Shown: positions 26,335 to 36,071, counted from the first letter of the stretch. The stretch: DNA of 36,191 nt from a virus (IMGVR_UViG_3300012942_000088:1-36191), one strand, 5' to 3'. The notes: generated by a model not told the origin, from the sequence alone. Program-made: numbers and translations.

Positions 26335-26720
26335 CCGGCAAAGCACCGCCGATCACGCATTTCGGAGAATGCCTGCTGCGACTCAAGCAAGTACTTGGGG
26401 TCGCTTCGGATATGGCCGTGGCCGACGTCTTGGGTATGAGTAACAAGGCGTTGTCAGCGCGCAAGAGATGCGGCTCATTTCCGGTTGACAAGGCTCAAGC
26501 TCTCGTCGCGCGCGGCTTATGTACGGCTGAATCCATCGCCTACGTGCTGCAGTCCGAGCAGCTCGGCTCGGAACACATCGCAACAACGCACAAGGCTGCT
26601 TACAGCCAAGCAACCCTAGACGGCGCCCAGCTGCTCGCTCTCGCCGCCAAGCTTGCCGACCATCCCACCAAGGCTCGCGCCGCCTACGGCGCCCTGCTGC
26701 TTGTCGAGGCACTTTCATGA
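26331..26720 (+). CDS. CI-type HTH protein
   Basis: LLRLKQVLGV.SD..VAD.LGMS..ALS.RKR.GSFP resembles the P2/186 CI-like HTH; GTGA overlap with the upstream gene. Confidence 0.72.
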   Translation: MTGKAPPITHFGECLLRLKQVLGVASDMAVADVLGMSNKALSARKRCGSFPVDKAQALVARGLCTAESIAYVLQSEQLGSEHIATTHKAAYSQATLDGAQLLALAAKLADHPTKARAAYGALLLVEALS

Positions 26721-26917
26721 ACGCCACCCAGAAAGCCATCGTGGAGTGCGCCCAGCTGTGCGAGCGCGCTCTGAATCGCGTCGCCCGGAACGAAGCGCGT
26801 GGCCTTGCCGTGGCCGCCGACGAATGGCGCGAGCGCGCCGAATGGTGGGCCTGCCAGGCCTTCCGCGAGTTGGATGCCGACCTGGCGGAGCAGGCGCTGG
26901 CGCGGGTGGCGGCATGA
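26717..26917 (+). CDS. Hypothetical protein
   Basis: 66 aa with ATGA overlaps on both sides. Confidence 0.65.
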   Translation: MNATQKAIVECAQLCERALNRVARNEARGLAVAADEWRERAEWWACQAFRELDADLAEQALARVAA

Positions 26918-27210
26918 GCCAGCAATCCGCCCAACGCGCCTTGCGCGTGCTGAAAGCGCTCAAAGGCGCCACCTACACGGGCCTCTCCAACACCGACGTC
27001 GCCAAGGCGCTCGGCGAGACCCCAAGCAATGTGTCGCGCTCGCTGGCCGTGCTGGTCGAAGAAGGCTTTGTGCTGCGACTGGACAACGGCCGCTATGCGC
27101 ACTCCATCGCGCTGCTGCAGATCGCCCAGGCGCATGCCGACCACACCGCGCGCCTGCAGGCACGCATGACCGAAACCACCCAGCGGATCGCCGCGGGTTC
27201 TCTTTCCTGA
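26914..27210 (+). CDS. IclR-type HTH protein
   Basis: RALRVLKAL.G....GLSN.DVAKALGE.P..VSR.L..L..EG.V motif. Confidence 0.82.
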   Translation: MSQQSAQRALRVLKALKGATYTGLSNTDVAKALGETPSNVSRSLAVLVEEGFVLRLDNGRYAHSIALLQIAQAHADHTARLQARMTETTQRIAAGSLS

Positions 27211-27219
27211 GGAGGCAAC

Positions 27220-28110
27220 ATGGCACGCAAGGCAACTACCACTGTCACACCTGCTGACACGGCGTCACTGCCGGTTGCGGCGATCGAGGAAACCCAGAAC
27301 GCAATGGCCGCGCATACGGCCGAAGTCGTGGAGGCATTCGGCGACGGCCTGACGTGGAGTCCGCAGCACTACGAAACGGCGATCCGCAATGAGCTGCGCC
27401 GGGGCTGCGACGCTTTTCTCCGCGCAGGACGCTACCTGGTAGTGGCACGCGAGTGTTCGGAACACGGGGAATGGCTTGACATGCTGGGGCGGCTGGGCAT
27501 GGAGCCGCGCCAGGCGCAACGCATGATGGAGGCTGCGCGCCGAATCGTCGCCCTGCCAAATGCGTCGCGCGCGACGCATTTGATGGCCGCCACCGGTACT
27601 CAATCCAAGCTGATCGAGCTGCTTTCCCTGCCCGAGGATCAGTTCGCAGAACTGGCCACCGATGGTGAGACCAGTGGCCTGGCTATCGACGATTTGGCAT
27701 CGATGACGCGCGACGAGTTGCGCGCCGCTGTGCGCGAAGCTCGCGCAGAGGCTGATGCTGCGCGGGCCCATACAGCCGAGCGCGACACCAAAATCAGCCG
27801 CCTGCAGGACGATGTGGCCAAGGCCAAGCGCAAATGGAAAGAGGCCACGCCGGACGAACGGCTGGCCGATCTGCAGCGTGAGGTGAACGCTGCCGTACTG
27901 GCAGTGCGCGCGGCCCTGTCGGTCGATGACCCTGCGTCTGGTCTATATGGCGCCGTGGTGATGCTGGCGGAACATGCCGACAGCAACAACCTCGACGTCA
28001 GCGACTTCCTGGCTGACGTTTTTGCGCAACTGCTGACTGCGGTGCGTATCGTCCGTGACGACGAAACCATGCCGTTCTCCATTCCGATCCGTCGGGACGA
28101 GGAGGCTTGA
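27220..28110 (+). CDS. DUF3102-like protein
   Basis: AGRYL...RE..EHGEW...L..LG...R.AQR.M motif; AGGAGG RBS; lies before the transposase. Confidence 0.78.
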   Translation: MARKATTTVTPADTASLPVAAIEETQNAMAAHTAEVVEAFGDGLTWSPQHYETAIRNELRRGCDAFLRAGRYLVVARECSEHGEWLDMLGRLGMEPRQAQRMMEAARRIVALPNASRATHLMAATGTQSKLIELLSLPEDQFAELATDGETSGLAIDDLASMTRDELRAAVREARAEADAARAHTAERDTKISRLQDDVAKAKRKWKEATPDERLADLQREVNAAVLAVRAALSVDDPASGLYGAVVMLAEHADSNNLDVSDFLADVFAQLLTAVRIVRDDETMPFSIPIRRDEEA

Positions 28111-28113
28111 TCC

Positions 28114-29910
28114 ATGCCCATCGACTCTCGCATTGAGGCTGCCGCCGCCGAACTGCTGGCGTCGCCGCATGGACGCAAGGGCGCGATCGTGGCCGCCCTG
28201 GCAACGCAGATGGACATCAGCGTGCCGACCGCCTACCGGCGGCTCAACAAGGTGTTGGCCACGTTGCGATCGCGCAAGCGGCGCAGCGATGCCGGCCAAT
28301 GCGTGGTGACTCGCGAGGAGGCGCTGCACATCGCCGCGCTCACCGAGGAGACTCGCCGCCTTACCGGCACCGGCACGCTGCCTCTGGAAGAGGTTGTGGG
28401 TATGGCTCGCGCCAATGGCCTGATCGACGCCGGCCATGTGGACACGGCTACCGGTGAGTTCACGCCGGTCAGCCTGTCCACGGTGCGCCGCGCGATGCGC
28501 ATGCACCACGTGCACCCCGCGCAGCTGGCGGCGCCGTCGCCCGCGGCATCGCTGAGCAGCCCGCACCCCAACTGGTGCTGGCAGATCGACGCCTCGGTGA
28601 GTCGCCAGTTCTATCTAGGCGATGACGGCGCGCATGTGATGCCGCAGCGCGAATTCTACCGAGGCAAGCCGCAGAACTTCGAACGTATCGCCGACCGCCG
28701 CCTGTGGCGTTACGTGGTCACCGACCACTCCTCGGCTGCCTTCAGCCTGTTCTACGTGCAAGGCGCAGAGAGCGCCGTCAACCTGCTCGCGTCACTGATG
28801 CACGCCATGATCGAACGGCCTGGCAGCACGATGCACGGCGTGCCGCACATCCTGATGACCGACCCCGGCAGCGCGATGACCGCGGCGGCGACGCGCAACT
28901 TCTGCGCAGCGCTGAACATCCGCCTGCAGATCAACGCCGTCGGAAATGCTCGCGCCAAAGGTCAGGTCGAGAACAGCAACTACCTGGTCGAGCGCCACTT
29001 CGAGGCCGGCCTGAAACTGCGCGCGCCGGTGACCAGTCTGGAAGAGATCAACACGCTGGCCCAGCAATGGTCCTACGCGTATCAGGCCACCCGCACGCAC
29101 AGCCGCACTGGCATGACCCGCCGCGATGGCTGGCTGCGCATCATGCCCGATCAGCTGCGCTTGGCGCCGTCGATCGAAGTGCTGCGCACGCTGGCCAACA
29201 GCGAGCCGAAGGCGTGCACGGTACGCAACTGCCGCATCAAGTTTCGCGGCATGGAGTGGGATGTTTCCGGCGTCGATGGGCTGATCAACGGCGAGAAGGT
29301 CGATGTGATCCGCAACCCGTTCGACGGCGACGCCAGCGTGCGCATCGTACGCGCAGGCGATGATGGCCAGCTGGTGCACTTGCTGGCTCCGCGCATCGAG
29401 ACTGACGCGTTCGGCTTCCGGGCAGGCTCGGCCGAGATCGGCACGTCGTACCACGCCCCGCGCGCCACGCCGGCCGATGCGGCGCGTGCCGAGATCGAGC
29501 GCCTGGCGATGGATGTACGCACGGACGCCGAGGCATTGGCCGCGCGTAAATCCAAGCGTCTGGCCTATGGCGGCAAGCTGGATCCGCACAAGCATCTGTT
29601 GGATGCCGCAGTGGCCCCGGCCCTGCCGCGCGCCGGCACGCCGGCAACGGTGAACGCCCCGATGACGCTGGCCGCACCGGCGCGCGTGGAGCCAGTGGCG
29701 ATCCGCCCGGAATTCCCTCCGCTGAATCACGTCGACGCGGCCCGCGCGGTGAAACCGCTGGTGGAGCGTGCCGGCGGCACCTGGTCGGCTGAGCTGTACC
29801 AACGCACGGTGCAACGTTGGCCCGACGGCCTGCCGCTTGACCAGGTGGAGGCCTGGGCGGCCGAGCTGGCCGCAGGCACGCGGTTGCGTGTGGTGGGAGG
29901 TGCGGCATGA
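28114..29910 (+). CDS. DDE transposase (MuA analogue)
   Basis: WQIDAS, LMTDPGS and ARAKGQVE give the catalytic triad. Confidence 0.92.
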   Translation: MPIDSRIEAAAAELLASPHGRKGAIVAALATQMDISVPTAYRRLNKVLATLRSRKRRSDAGQCVVTREEALHIAALTEETRRLTGTGTLPLEEVVGMARANGLIDAGHVDTATGEFTPVSLSTVRRAMRMHHVHPAQLAAPSPAASLSSPHPNWCWQIDASVSRQFYLGDDGAHVMPQREFYRGKPQNFERIADRRLWRYVVTDHSSAAFSLFYVQGAESAVNLLASLMHAMIERPGSTMHGVPHILMTDPGSAMTAAATRNFCAALNIRLQINAVGNARAKGQVENSNYLVERHFEAGLKLRAPVTSLEEINTLAQQWSYAYQATRTHSRTGMTRRDGWLRIMPDQLRLAPSIEVLRTLANSEPKACTVRNCRIKFRGMEWDVSGVDGLINGEKVDVIRNPFDGDASVRIVRAGDDGQLVHLLAPRIETDAFGFRAGSAEIGTSYHAPRATPADAARAEIERLAMDVRTDAEALAARKSKRLAYGGKLDPHKHLLDAAVAPALPRAGTPATVNAPMTLAAPARVEPVAIRPEFPPLNHVDAARAVKPLVERAGGTWSAELYQRTVQRWPDGLPLDQVEAWAAELAAGTRLRVVGGAA

Positions 29911-31067
29911 CGCTGCGTCTCAAATCCGTCTTGGCCAGCGCTGGCATCAAGCAGGGCGCTGTCGCCGCGACCGCGGGTATTTCGCGGCCCGCGCTGAACG
30001 TGTTTCTCAATCGCGGTTTTCTGCCGCTCGGCGCGGAGCGCGCGGCGGTCGAACGCGCGATCACCGCATTTGTACACCGGCACGGCGGATCCACCGCCGG
30101 CCTGTTTGAAGTGGCTGCGCCGTGCGTCAACACGGCGCAGCCGGTTTCCCCGCCCGACCCCTTTGCGAAAGACCAGGAGGAGATGGACATGTTACTGCGT
30201 AAGCAAACGCTCACGCCGGCCGCGCGCCGGCATTTCAACCTGCAGCGCGATCCGTTTGCGGACCCCGCCGTGGCCGACGATGTGTTCATGTCGCCGGATA
30301 TCCGCTATGTGCGCGAGGCGATGTACCAGGTGGCACGGCACGGCGGCTTCATGGCCGCCATCGGCGAGAGCGGCGCGGGCAAGAGCACGCTGCGCGAGGA
30401 GCTGGTCGACCGGCTGAACCGCGAAGAGCAGGCGGTGATCGTGATCGAGCCGTATGTGTTGGCGATGGAGGGCAATGACAACATCGGCAAGACACTCAAG
30501 GCGCAGCACATTGCCGAGGCGATCATGTCCGCCGTGTCGCCGCTGGCGAAGACCCGGAGCAGCCCGCAGGCGCGTTTCGAGCAGCTGCATGCCTCGCTGC
30601 GCGACAGCGCTCGCGCGGGCCACAGTCATGTGTTGGTGATCGAGGAGGCGCACAGCCTGCCGCTGGCCACGCTGAAGCACTTGAAGCGCTTCCGCGAGCT
30701 GAAGGATGGCCTGCGTCCGCTGCTGTCGGTGATCCTGATCGGCCAGAGCGAGCTGGCGATCAAGCTCAGCGAGCACAACCCGGAGGTACGCGAGGTGGTG
30801 CAGCGCATCGAGATCGTCACGCTGCCGGCACTGGATAAGGATCTGGACGCCTACCTGGTGCACCGCTTCAAACGGAGCGGCACGCCGATCGATCAGGTGC
30901 TGGCCAAGGGTGCCATCGACGCGTTGCGCACCAAGCTCACGCCCACGCGCGCGGGTGGCACGTTGCTGTATCCGCTGGCGGTGCACAACGCGCTGGCCGC
31001 GGCGATGAACCGTGCCGCTGACCTGGGTGTGCCGCAGGTGAATGCCGACGTGATCCAGGGGGTGTGA
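29907..31067 (+). CDS. Transposition ATPase (MuB analogue, ExeA-like AAA) with N-terminal HTH
   Basis: Walker A GESGAGKS, Walker B LVIEEAH, ILIGQ.EL. Confidence 0.92.
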   Translation: MTLRLKSVLASAGIKQGAVAATAGISRPALNVFLNRGFLPLGAERAAVERAITAFVHRHGGSTAGLFEVAAPCVNTAQPVSPPDPFAKDQEEMDMLLRKQTLTPAARRHFNLQRDPFADPAVADDVFMSPDIRYVREAMYQVARHGGFMAAIGESGAGKSTLREELVDRLNREEQAVIVIEPYVLAMEGNDNIGKTLKAQHIAEAIMSAVSPLAKTRSSPQARFEQLHASLRDSARAGHSHVLVIEEAHSLPLATLKHLKRFRELKDGLRPLLSVILIGQSELAIKLSEHNPEVREVVQRIEIVTLPALDKDLDAYLVHRFKRSGTPIDQVLAKGAIDALRTKLTPTRAGGTLLYPLAVHNALAAAMNRAADLGVPQVNADVIQGV

Positions 31068-31068
31068 C

Positions 31069-31404
31069 ATGCGCATCGAGATCGACGAATTGGTGCAATC
31101 GGTCAATGACGAGTTGCAGATGATTGCGGACCACGCGGACGATATCCAGGCGCGCATGGATGCGCTGGGTGAGATCGAGGATGCGGTGAGCAGGGCTCTG
31201 GTCCATCTGCGTGAGCGTGCTGCATCGACGTTGGCGCGGCGCCAGGCGGATGGAATGATCGACGTCAGCATCCCCGGGACGCCGGTGATGCGCCTGCCGG
31301 AAAGCGATGCCCTTGCGTTGCGCGACCAGTTGGATGTGGCGCTGCATGTTCCACCGCCGCCTGATTTGCCTGTCGATTCGATGCGTGCCGGCGGCACGGA
31401 CTGA
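31069..31404 (+). CDS. Hypothetical protein
   Basis: 111 aa, acidic and helical, tightly packed in the operon. Confidence 0.65.
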   Translation: MRIEIDELVQSVNDELQMIADHADDIQARMDALGEIEDAVSRALVHLRERAASTLARRQADGMIDVSIPGTPVMRLPESDALALRDQLDVALHVPPPPDLPVDSMRAGGTD

Positions 31405-31408
31405 CGCG

Positions 31409-31786
31409 ATGTACCAGGCCGACCTCTACGCCCAGGAGCTGACACCGCATGCGGTGCGCGCGGCCTTGCGCATGGGGTCCGCCAATGGGCAAACGGCCGA
31501 GCAGTTGGTGCGGGTGCTGCTGGGCAAGCACAGCGCGGCGGCAGAGCGGCAGTTGCGCGATGTGATTGTGGCGCTACGCCTGGCTGGCCATGCCATCTGC
31601 GCGGAACCGACGCATGGCTATTACATCGCCGCGGACAGCAACGAATTGAACCGCGCCTGCGAATTCCTGCTGGCGCGTTCCATGACATCACTTCGGCAGA
31701 TCAGCGCGATGAAGCGCGTGTCGCTGCCGGATCTACGCGGGCAGCTTGGGCTGCCCCTGGAGAAGCCACATGAATCCCATGAATGA
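31409..31786 (+). CDS. Winged-helix hypothetical protein
   Basis: R.LRDVI..LR..GH.ICA.P..GYYIA motif. Confidence 0.72.
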   Translation: MYQADLYAQELTPHAVRAALRMGSANGQTAEQLVRVLLGKHSAAAERQLRDVIVALRLAGHAICAEPTHGYYIAADSNELNRACEFLLARSMTSLRQISAMKRVSLPDLRGQLGLPLEKPHESHE

Positions 31787-32054
31787 CATTCTGCGCGCGG
31801 CCAGCTGCAAAGCGCTTGGCGCGCTGCATTTCCTCGACGACGCTGGCGCCACGGTGACCGGCATCGAGATCCGCGGCGGCCGTCCGCTGATCACGCTGGA
31901 CGGCCAGCCGCCGCGTTTCGTGCGCGGCGCGCTGCACAAGAGCCACACCATTGGCGGCCGACGCGAACATGTGATGGTGGCGCTGGTGCAAGGGTGCCGG
32001 GTGGAATGGACGGTGCATACCGTGCGTGGCTGTGCCATGCAGGAGCGTGCGTGA
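31770..32054 (+). CDS. Hypothetical protein
   Basis: GGAG RBS; ends GCRVEW; within the operon. Confidence 0.68.
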   Translation: MNPMNDILRAASCKALGALHFLDDAGATVTGIEIRGGRPLITLDGQPPRFVRGALHKSHTIGGRREHVMVALVQGCRVEWTVHTVRGCAMQERA

Positions 32055-32608
32055 TGGACGTTCTGCACAACGAGGTGCTGATGGTGATGCGCGCAGCGGG
32101 CAAGCCGGTAAGCGCGGGCGATGTGGCGCGCGACATGCACATGAAGGTGCATGACGCCCTGGACGTGATTGGCTTCCTGGTACGCCACGGCGGGGCCCGA
32201 CGCCACCACTGCGATGACGCGGTGATGCGTTACAGCGCGGTGCCGCGCGCAACACCGCGCTTGCGTCGGCCAGCCTCCGCGCCCAAGGCCGACGCGGTGT
32301 TGGCGGCGATCGATGCTGGCCATAGGCGTGCGCGCGATATCGGCGCGGTTTGCGGGCTCGACTCGACATATACGTCGGTGGTGCTGCATCGACTGGCCGC
32401 GAAGGGGCTGGTACGCGGCACGGGTCCCACGTGGCGCACGGAATGGCGCCGCGTGGACAACGGCGACAACGCGTTGCCGCCCCATCTTGCCGGTGCCGTG
32501 CGTGCCACGCCTTCCGATGACGACAACGCGTTGCCGCCATGCATCGGCGAGCGCCTGCGCGACTCCATTTACGACATTCACCGCCGCGCCAGTGGCATCG
32601 AGGATTGA
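32054..32608 (+). CDS. Hypothetical tandem HTH-like protein
   Basis: Two winged-helix-like segments; AGGAG RBS; internal DNALPP duplication. Confidence 0.62.
   Translation: MDVLHNEVLMVMRAAGKPVSAGDVARDMHMKVHDALDVIGFLVRHGGARRHHCDDAVMRYSAVPRATPRLRRPASAPKADAVLAAIDAGHRRARDIGAVCGLDSTYTSVVLHRLAAKGLVRGTGPTWRTEWRRVDNGDNALPPHLAGAVRATPSDDDNALPPCIGERLRDSIYDIHRRASGIED
32464..32538 (+). repeat. 18-bp direct repeat CGACAACGCGTTGCCGCC
   Basis: Copies at 32464-32481 and 32521-32538, in frame with a 57-bp period. Confidence 0.9.
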
Positions 32609-32610
32609 GC

Positions 32611-33228
32611 ATGACCGACCACAACACCATTCCCGCCGGTCATCGGCAAGACGCGCAAGGCCGACTGGTGCCGGAAAGCCAGATCAAGCCCATCGACAAG
32701 ACGCGCGATGACCTTGTGCGCGAGCTGTTCGACAAGGCCACCGCGCTGCACAAGGCGATGGCAGCGTTCAAGTTGGCCGCATTCGCGGATATTGCTGCGT
32801 TCGTGGACCTTTCCGCCGAGCAATACGGCGTGAATCTGGGTGGCCAGAAGGGCAACGTGCAGCTGCTGAGTTTCGACGGTTCATTGCGCGTGCAACGCGC
32901 CATCGCCGAGACCATCGTGTTCGACGAACGCTTGCAGGCTGCCAAGGAGTTGATCGACGAATGCCTGCGCGAGTGGACCGCCGACGCGCGCCCCGAGATC
33001 GCGGTGCTGGTGCAAGACGCCTTCCGCGTGGACCAGGCGGGCAACATCCGCACCGGCAGCGTGTTGGCCCTGCGTCGCCTGGATATCCAGGACCCGCGCT
33101 GGCGCCGCGCGATGGATGCCATCGGCGATGCGGTGCAGGTGGTGGGATCCCGGTCTTACGTGCGCTTTTACAAGCGTGCCGAGAATGGCAGCTATCAGGC
33201 GCTGAGCCTTGATCTGGCGGGGGTGTGA
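32611..33228 (+). CDS. DUF3164 family protein
   Basis: DAQGRLVPES.IKPID..RD, GG.KGNV.L.SFDG, FDERLQAAK.LIDEC and YVRFY motifs. Confidence 0.9.
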   Translation: MTDHNTIPAGHRQDAQGRLVPESQIKPIDKTRDDLVRELFDKATALHKAMAAFKLAAFADIAAFVDLSAEQYGVNLGGQKGNVQLLSFDGSLRVQRAIAETIVFDERLQAAKELIDECLREWTADARPEIAVLVQDAFRVDQAGNIRTGSVLALRRLDIQDPRWRRAMDAIGDAVQVVGSRSYVRFYKRAENGSYQALSLDLAGV

Positions 33229-33229
33229 G

Positions 33230-33460
33230 ATGGGTGCAATCACACTCGACTACGAAGACTCCATTCGCATTCTCGCCGACGAGGATGCCGGCCCGAATGC
33301 TCATGTCATTGCAGCTTGCGCAATCGCTTTTTTTGTCACCAAGGACAATGCCGACCACATCGATGCAAAAACGCGTGCAATTGCCTTGAAGCTGTCGCGC
33401 ATGGTCGCTGCCGCGATTGATGCCACTTTCGAGACGGATGATGTGGAGGACGCGGGATGA
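33230..33460 (+). CDS. Hypothetical protein
   Basis: 76-aa ORF filling the operon gap, with an ATGA overlap downstream. Confidence 0.6.
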   Translation: MGAITLDYEDSIRILADEDAGPNAHVIAACAIAFFVTKDNADHIDAKTRAIALKLSRMVAAAIDATFETDDVEDAG

Positions 33461-33948
33461 TCGCCTACTGCTGGGCCAATGGCCGTATCGAGTTCGGTAC
33501 CTGCACGCCGCCGGGTGCCATCCCTATCGCGCGCGGCAACGCACGCCTAGTACGCCAGGAGATGGGGGTCTTCGCGCGTCACAGCTATACAAAAGGCGTG
33601 CTGCTGGTGCCTGGCGTGCCCGAAGCACCGGATCAGAAGGCTGCCGGCGATGCGCTTGAGCTCTTCCTGCTGTGGCTGAAGCAGCGCGAGCGCAAAGGCT
33701 TCCGCATCGCCATCAAGCCGCGCAATCCGTTCGACTACGACATGTGCGGTCAAGTGGTTTCCAGCCTGTCTGCCGATGATCGCTGCCGCGCGGTCGCCGA
33801 TTTCGACAAGGCAGCCTGCATGGCCGCGCTGTTGATGCCGAACCTGCAGGCGACGGTGCGGATCGCAATCAATCGCCGCATGCGCAAGATGGTTATCACC
33901 GACAAGATCGCGGAGAAATTGTTGCCGACACAGGAGGCAGCGGCATGA
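33457..33948 (+). CDS. Mu-like early protein ('host nuclease inhibitor'-annotated family) with C-terminal extension
   Basis: AYCWANG.IEFG...P.GA..IA.G...ARH.Y...LLVPGVPEA motif. Confidence 0.68.
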   Translation: MIAYCWANGRIEFGTCTPPGAIPIARGNARLVRQEMGVFARHSYTKGVLLVPGVPEAPDQKAAGDALELFLLWLKQRERKGFRIAIKPRNPFDYDMCGQVVSSLSADDRCRAVADFDKAACMAALLMPNLQATVRIAINRRMRKMVITDKIAEKLLPTQEAAA

Positions 33949-34490
33949 ATCTGAGTGCGCGCGGTCTGCGTCCGCTCAACGAATTGGCCCGTGATCGCGC
34001 CCACGGCGACCGCCTGCGCTACATGGCCGGCTGTCGCTGCGATGCGTGCCGCAAAGCCAACAGCGCTTACGAGTGTGCGCGTCAACGAGCCCGCAAGGCC
34101 GGCGACTGGAACGGCATTGTGCCGGCGGACAAGGCCCGCGCGCATATGCATAAGCTGGCGCGCCGCGGCGTTGGTCGCCGTGCTATCGGTGCCGCGACGG
34201 ATATTGCCGACACCGTGCTTTCGGATATCCGTTCGGGCCGTAAACGGCAGATTCGTGCCCGTACGGAACGCCTGATTCTTGGTGTAACGCCTAGCGTGGC
34301 ATCAGATCACGCCATTATCTCGGCCCGTCGTACGCGCCAACTGATCGCGCAGCTGCTCGATGAGGAATACACCGAAGCTTTCCTGGCCAAGCGTTTGGGC
34401 TACGCCAACCGCTACCTGCAATTCGGCGAACGCATCACCGTGCGCAATGCTGCACGGGTACAACGGCTATATCGGGAGCTGATGTCGTGA
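33945..34490 (+). CDS. Putative Zn-binding / HTH protein
   Basis: HG...RY..GCRC..CR.AN motif followed by an HTH-like region. Confidence 0.7.
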   Translation: MNLSARGLRPLNELARDRAHGDRLRYMAGCRCDACRKANSAYECARQRARKAGDWNGIVPADKARAHMHKLARRGVGRRAIGAATDIADTVLSDIRSGRKRQIRARTERLILGVTPSVASDHAIISARRTRQLIAQLLDEEYTEAFLAKRLGYANRYLQFGERITVRNAARVQRLYRELMS

Positions 34491-35131
34491 CAGAAGCCAT
34501 CCAGGCGAAGCGTCGCCGCAACGCGATCGCAGCGATCCACATCGCTCGCGCTCAGCTGGCGAAACACGGTATGGACGAGGAGGCTTACCGCGCCTTGATC
34601 CGCCGCGTGTCGGCCGCGCATGGAATGGAAACCGACAGTTCGGCCAAGCTGGATGACAAGCAACGCCAGGCGGTGCTGGACGAGATGCGCCGGCTTGGCG
34701 CCGCGCGACCAGGCAAGCCCGGGCGGTACCCTGGCAAACCGCATAATTTCAACAGCTCGGCCATGCCCGAGATGATCACCAAGGTCGAGGCGCAGCTTGC
34801 CGACATGCAGCTGTCGTGGGCCTATGCCGACGCGATCGCCAAGCGCCAATGCGGCGTCGCCAAGGTGGCCTGGGTGCGCAAGGAAGAACAGTTGAAGGGC
34901 ATCATCGCGGCCCTTGACGTGGAGCAACGCAAACGCGGCGCCAATGCGTTCATCGACGAGGCCGTGAAGCGATTGGGCATCGGCGACAAACAGTTCACCG
35001 AGCTGACGGGCAAGCTGCCCGCCAACTGGCGCCGCAATCTGCACCTGCTGAAACCGGTTTGCAATTACCTCCACGCCCAGATCGACATGCTGGACCAGCG
35101 TGAACAGCCAGCTGATGGAGGAATGGATTGA
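34487..35131 (+). CDS. gemA: GemA / Mu gp16 (DUF1018) family protein
   Basis: IAAIHIARAQL...MDEEAYR.L, S..L...Q...VLDEM..LG and K.EAQL....LSW.YA motifs. Confidence 0.85.
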   Translation: MTEAIQAKRRRNAIAAIHIARAQLAKHGMDEEAYRALIRRVSAAHGMETDSSAKLDDKQRQAVLDEMRRLGAARPGKPGRYPGKPHNFNSSAMPEMITKVEAQLADMQLSWAYADAIAKRQCGVAKVAWVRKEEQLKGIIAALDVEQRKRGANAFIDEAVKRLGIGDKQFTELTGKLPANWRRNLHLLKPVCNYLHAQIDMLDQREQPADGGMD

Positions 35132-35727
35132 TCCAGTTGACTTGCCCCTGCTGCGGTACGGCCTTTCCCTGGGAGGCGGGACTTGTCGAAGCCGATGCCA
35201 AGAGGCTCGGCGCGGTGCTGGCTGATATGGAGCCGGCGTTGGCGCGAGCGGCGATGTCGTACCTGCGCTTGTTCAAGCCTCCCAAGACGGCGCTGCGCCT
35301 GCCGCGCGCCGTGAAGCTGCTGCAGGAGGTCGCCGCCCTGGTTTCCGACGGTACGGTTTGCCGCGATGAACGGTCCGGCGTGCGCCGTCCTGCGCCACCT
35401 GCGATCTGGATCGCCGGCATCGATCAGATGCTGCACCAGGCCGATCGCCTCACCTTGCCGCTGACGGGCCACGGCTACTTGCGTCAGGTTGCCTTCGGCC
35501 TCGCTGATGAGGCGGATGCCGCTGCCGAGAGGCAGCGTGAAGCGGATAAGCGCGCTGGACGACACCTGGCACAGCCAGAGCCTGGTGGCGCTTCCGCTCG
35601 ACGCAATTTCGCCCTTCATGATGCATTGATGCGGATCGATGCCGACCTACGCCTTGGCCTCATTGACCAGGGCGAAGCCGATCGCCGTGCAGCGGAGGCA
35701 CGCGCACATCAGGGGCGCACGCCATGA
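35128..35727 (+). CDS. Hypothetical protein with N-terminal CPCC zinc motif
   Basis: TTG start after GGAGG; YLRLF.P.K..L and LPL..HGYL motifs, common before mor. Confidence 0.75.
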   Translation: MIQLTCPCCGTAFPWEAGLVEADAKRLGAVLADMEPALARAAMSYLRLFKPPKTALRLPRAVKLLQEVAALVSDGTVCRDERSGVRRPAPPAIWIAGIDQMLHQADRLTLPLTGHGYLRQVAFGLADEADAAAERQREADKRAGRHLAQPEPGGASARRNFALHDALMRIDADLRLGLIDQGEADRRAAEARAHQGRTP

Positions 35728-36071
35728 CCTCGCCGATGGAAGCCAAACGTGCAGAACTCCTGGGCGACCTGGCTGCGCACACTACGGCCGTGCTGCAGGA
35801 GCTTGGCGTCACCGATGACCTGGCAACGCATGCCGCAGCGGCTCTCGCCGACCACCTGGCCTCCCACTGGGGCGGCCAGGTAATCTCATTTCCTAAGGAT
35901 GCGTCCTATCGGCTGGCCGAGCGCGAGCGCGCCATCCTGGCAGCCTTCACCGGCAACAACTATGCCGAGCTGGCCAAGGCGTATAACATCACCGAACGCG
36001 GTCTCCGCAAGCTGATCGCCCGCGCACTCATCCGCCAGCGGGATCTTCTCCAGGGCAACTTGTTCGAGTGA
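35724..36071 (+). CDS. mor: Mor/C family transcription activator
   Basis: WGGQ.I.FPK...R...I...F.G.N..ELA..Y..TER...K.I motif. Confidence 0.92.
   Translation: MTSPMEAKRAELLGDLAAHTTAVLQELGVTDDLATHAAAALADHLASHWGGQVISFPKDASYRLAERERAILAAFTGNNYAELAKAYNITERGLRKLIARALIRQRDLLQGNLFE

Noticed and set aside
28792-31691. Long - strand ORFs (340, 334 and 499 aa)
   Set aside because: Shadows of the transposase and ATPase genes
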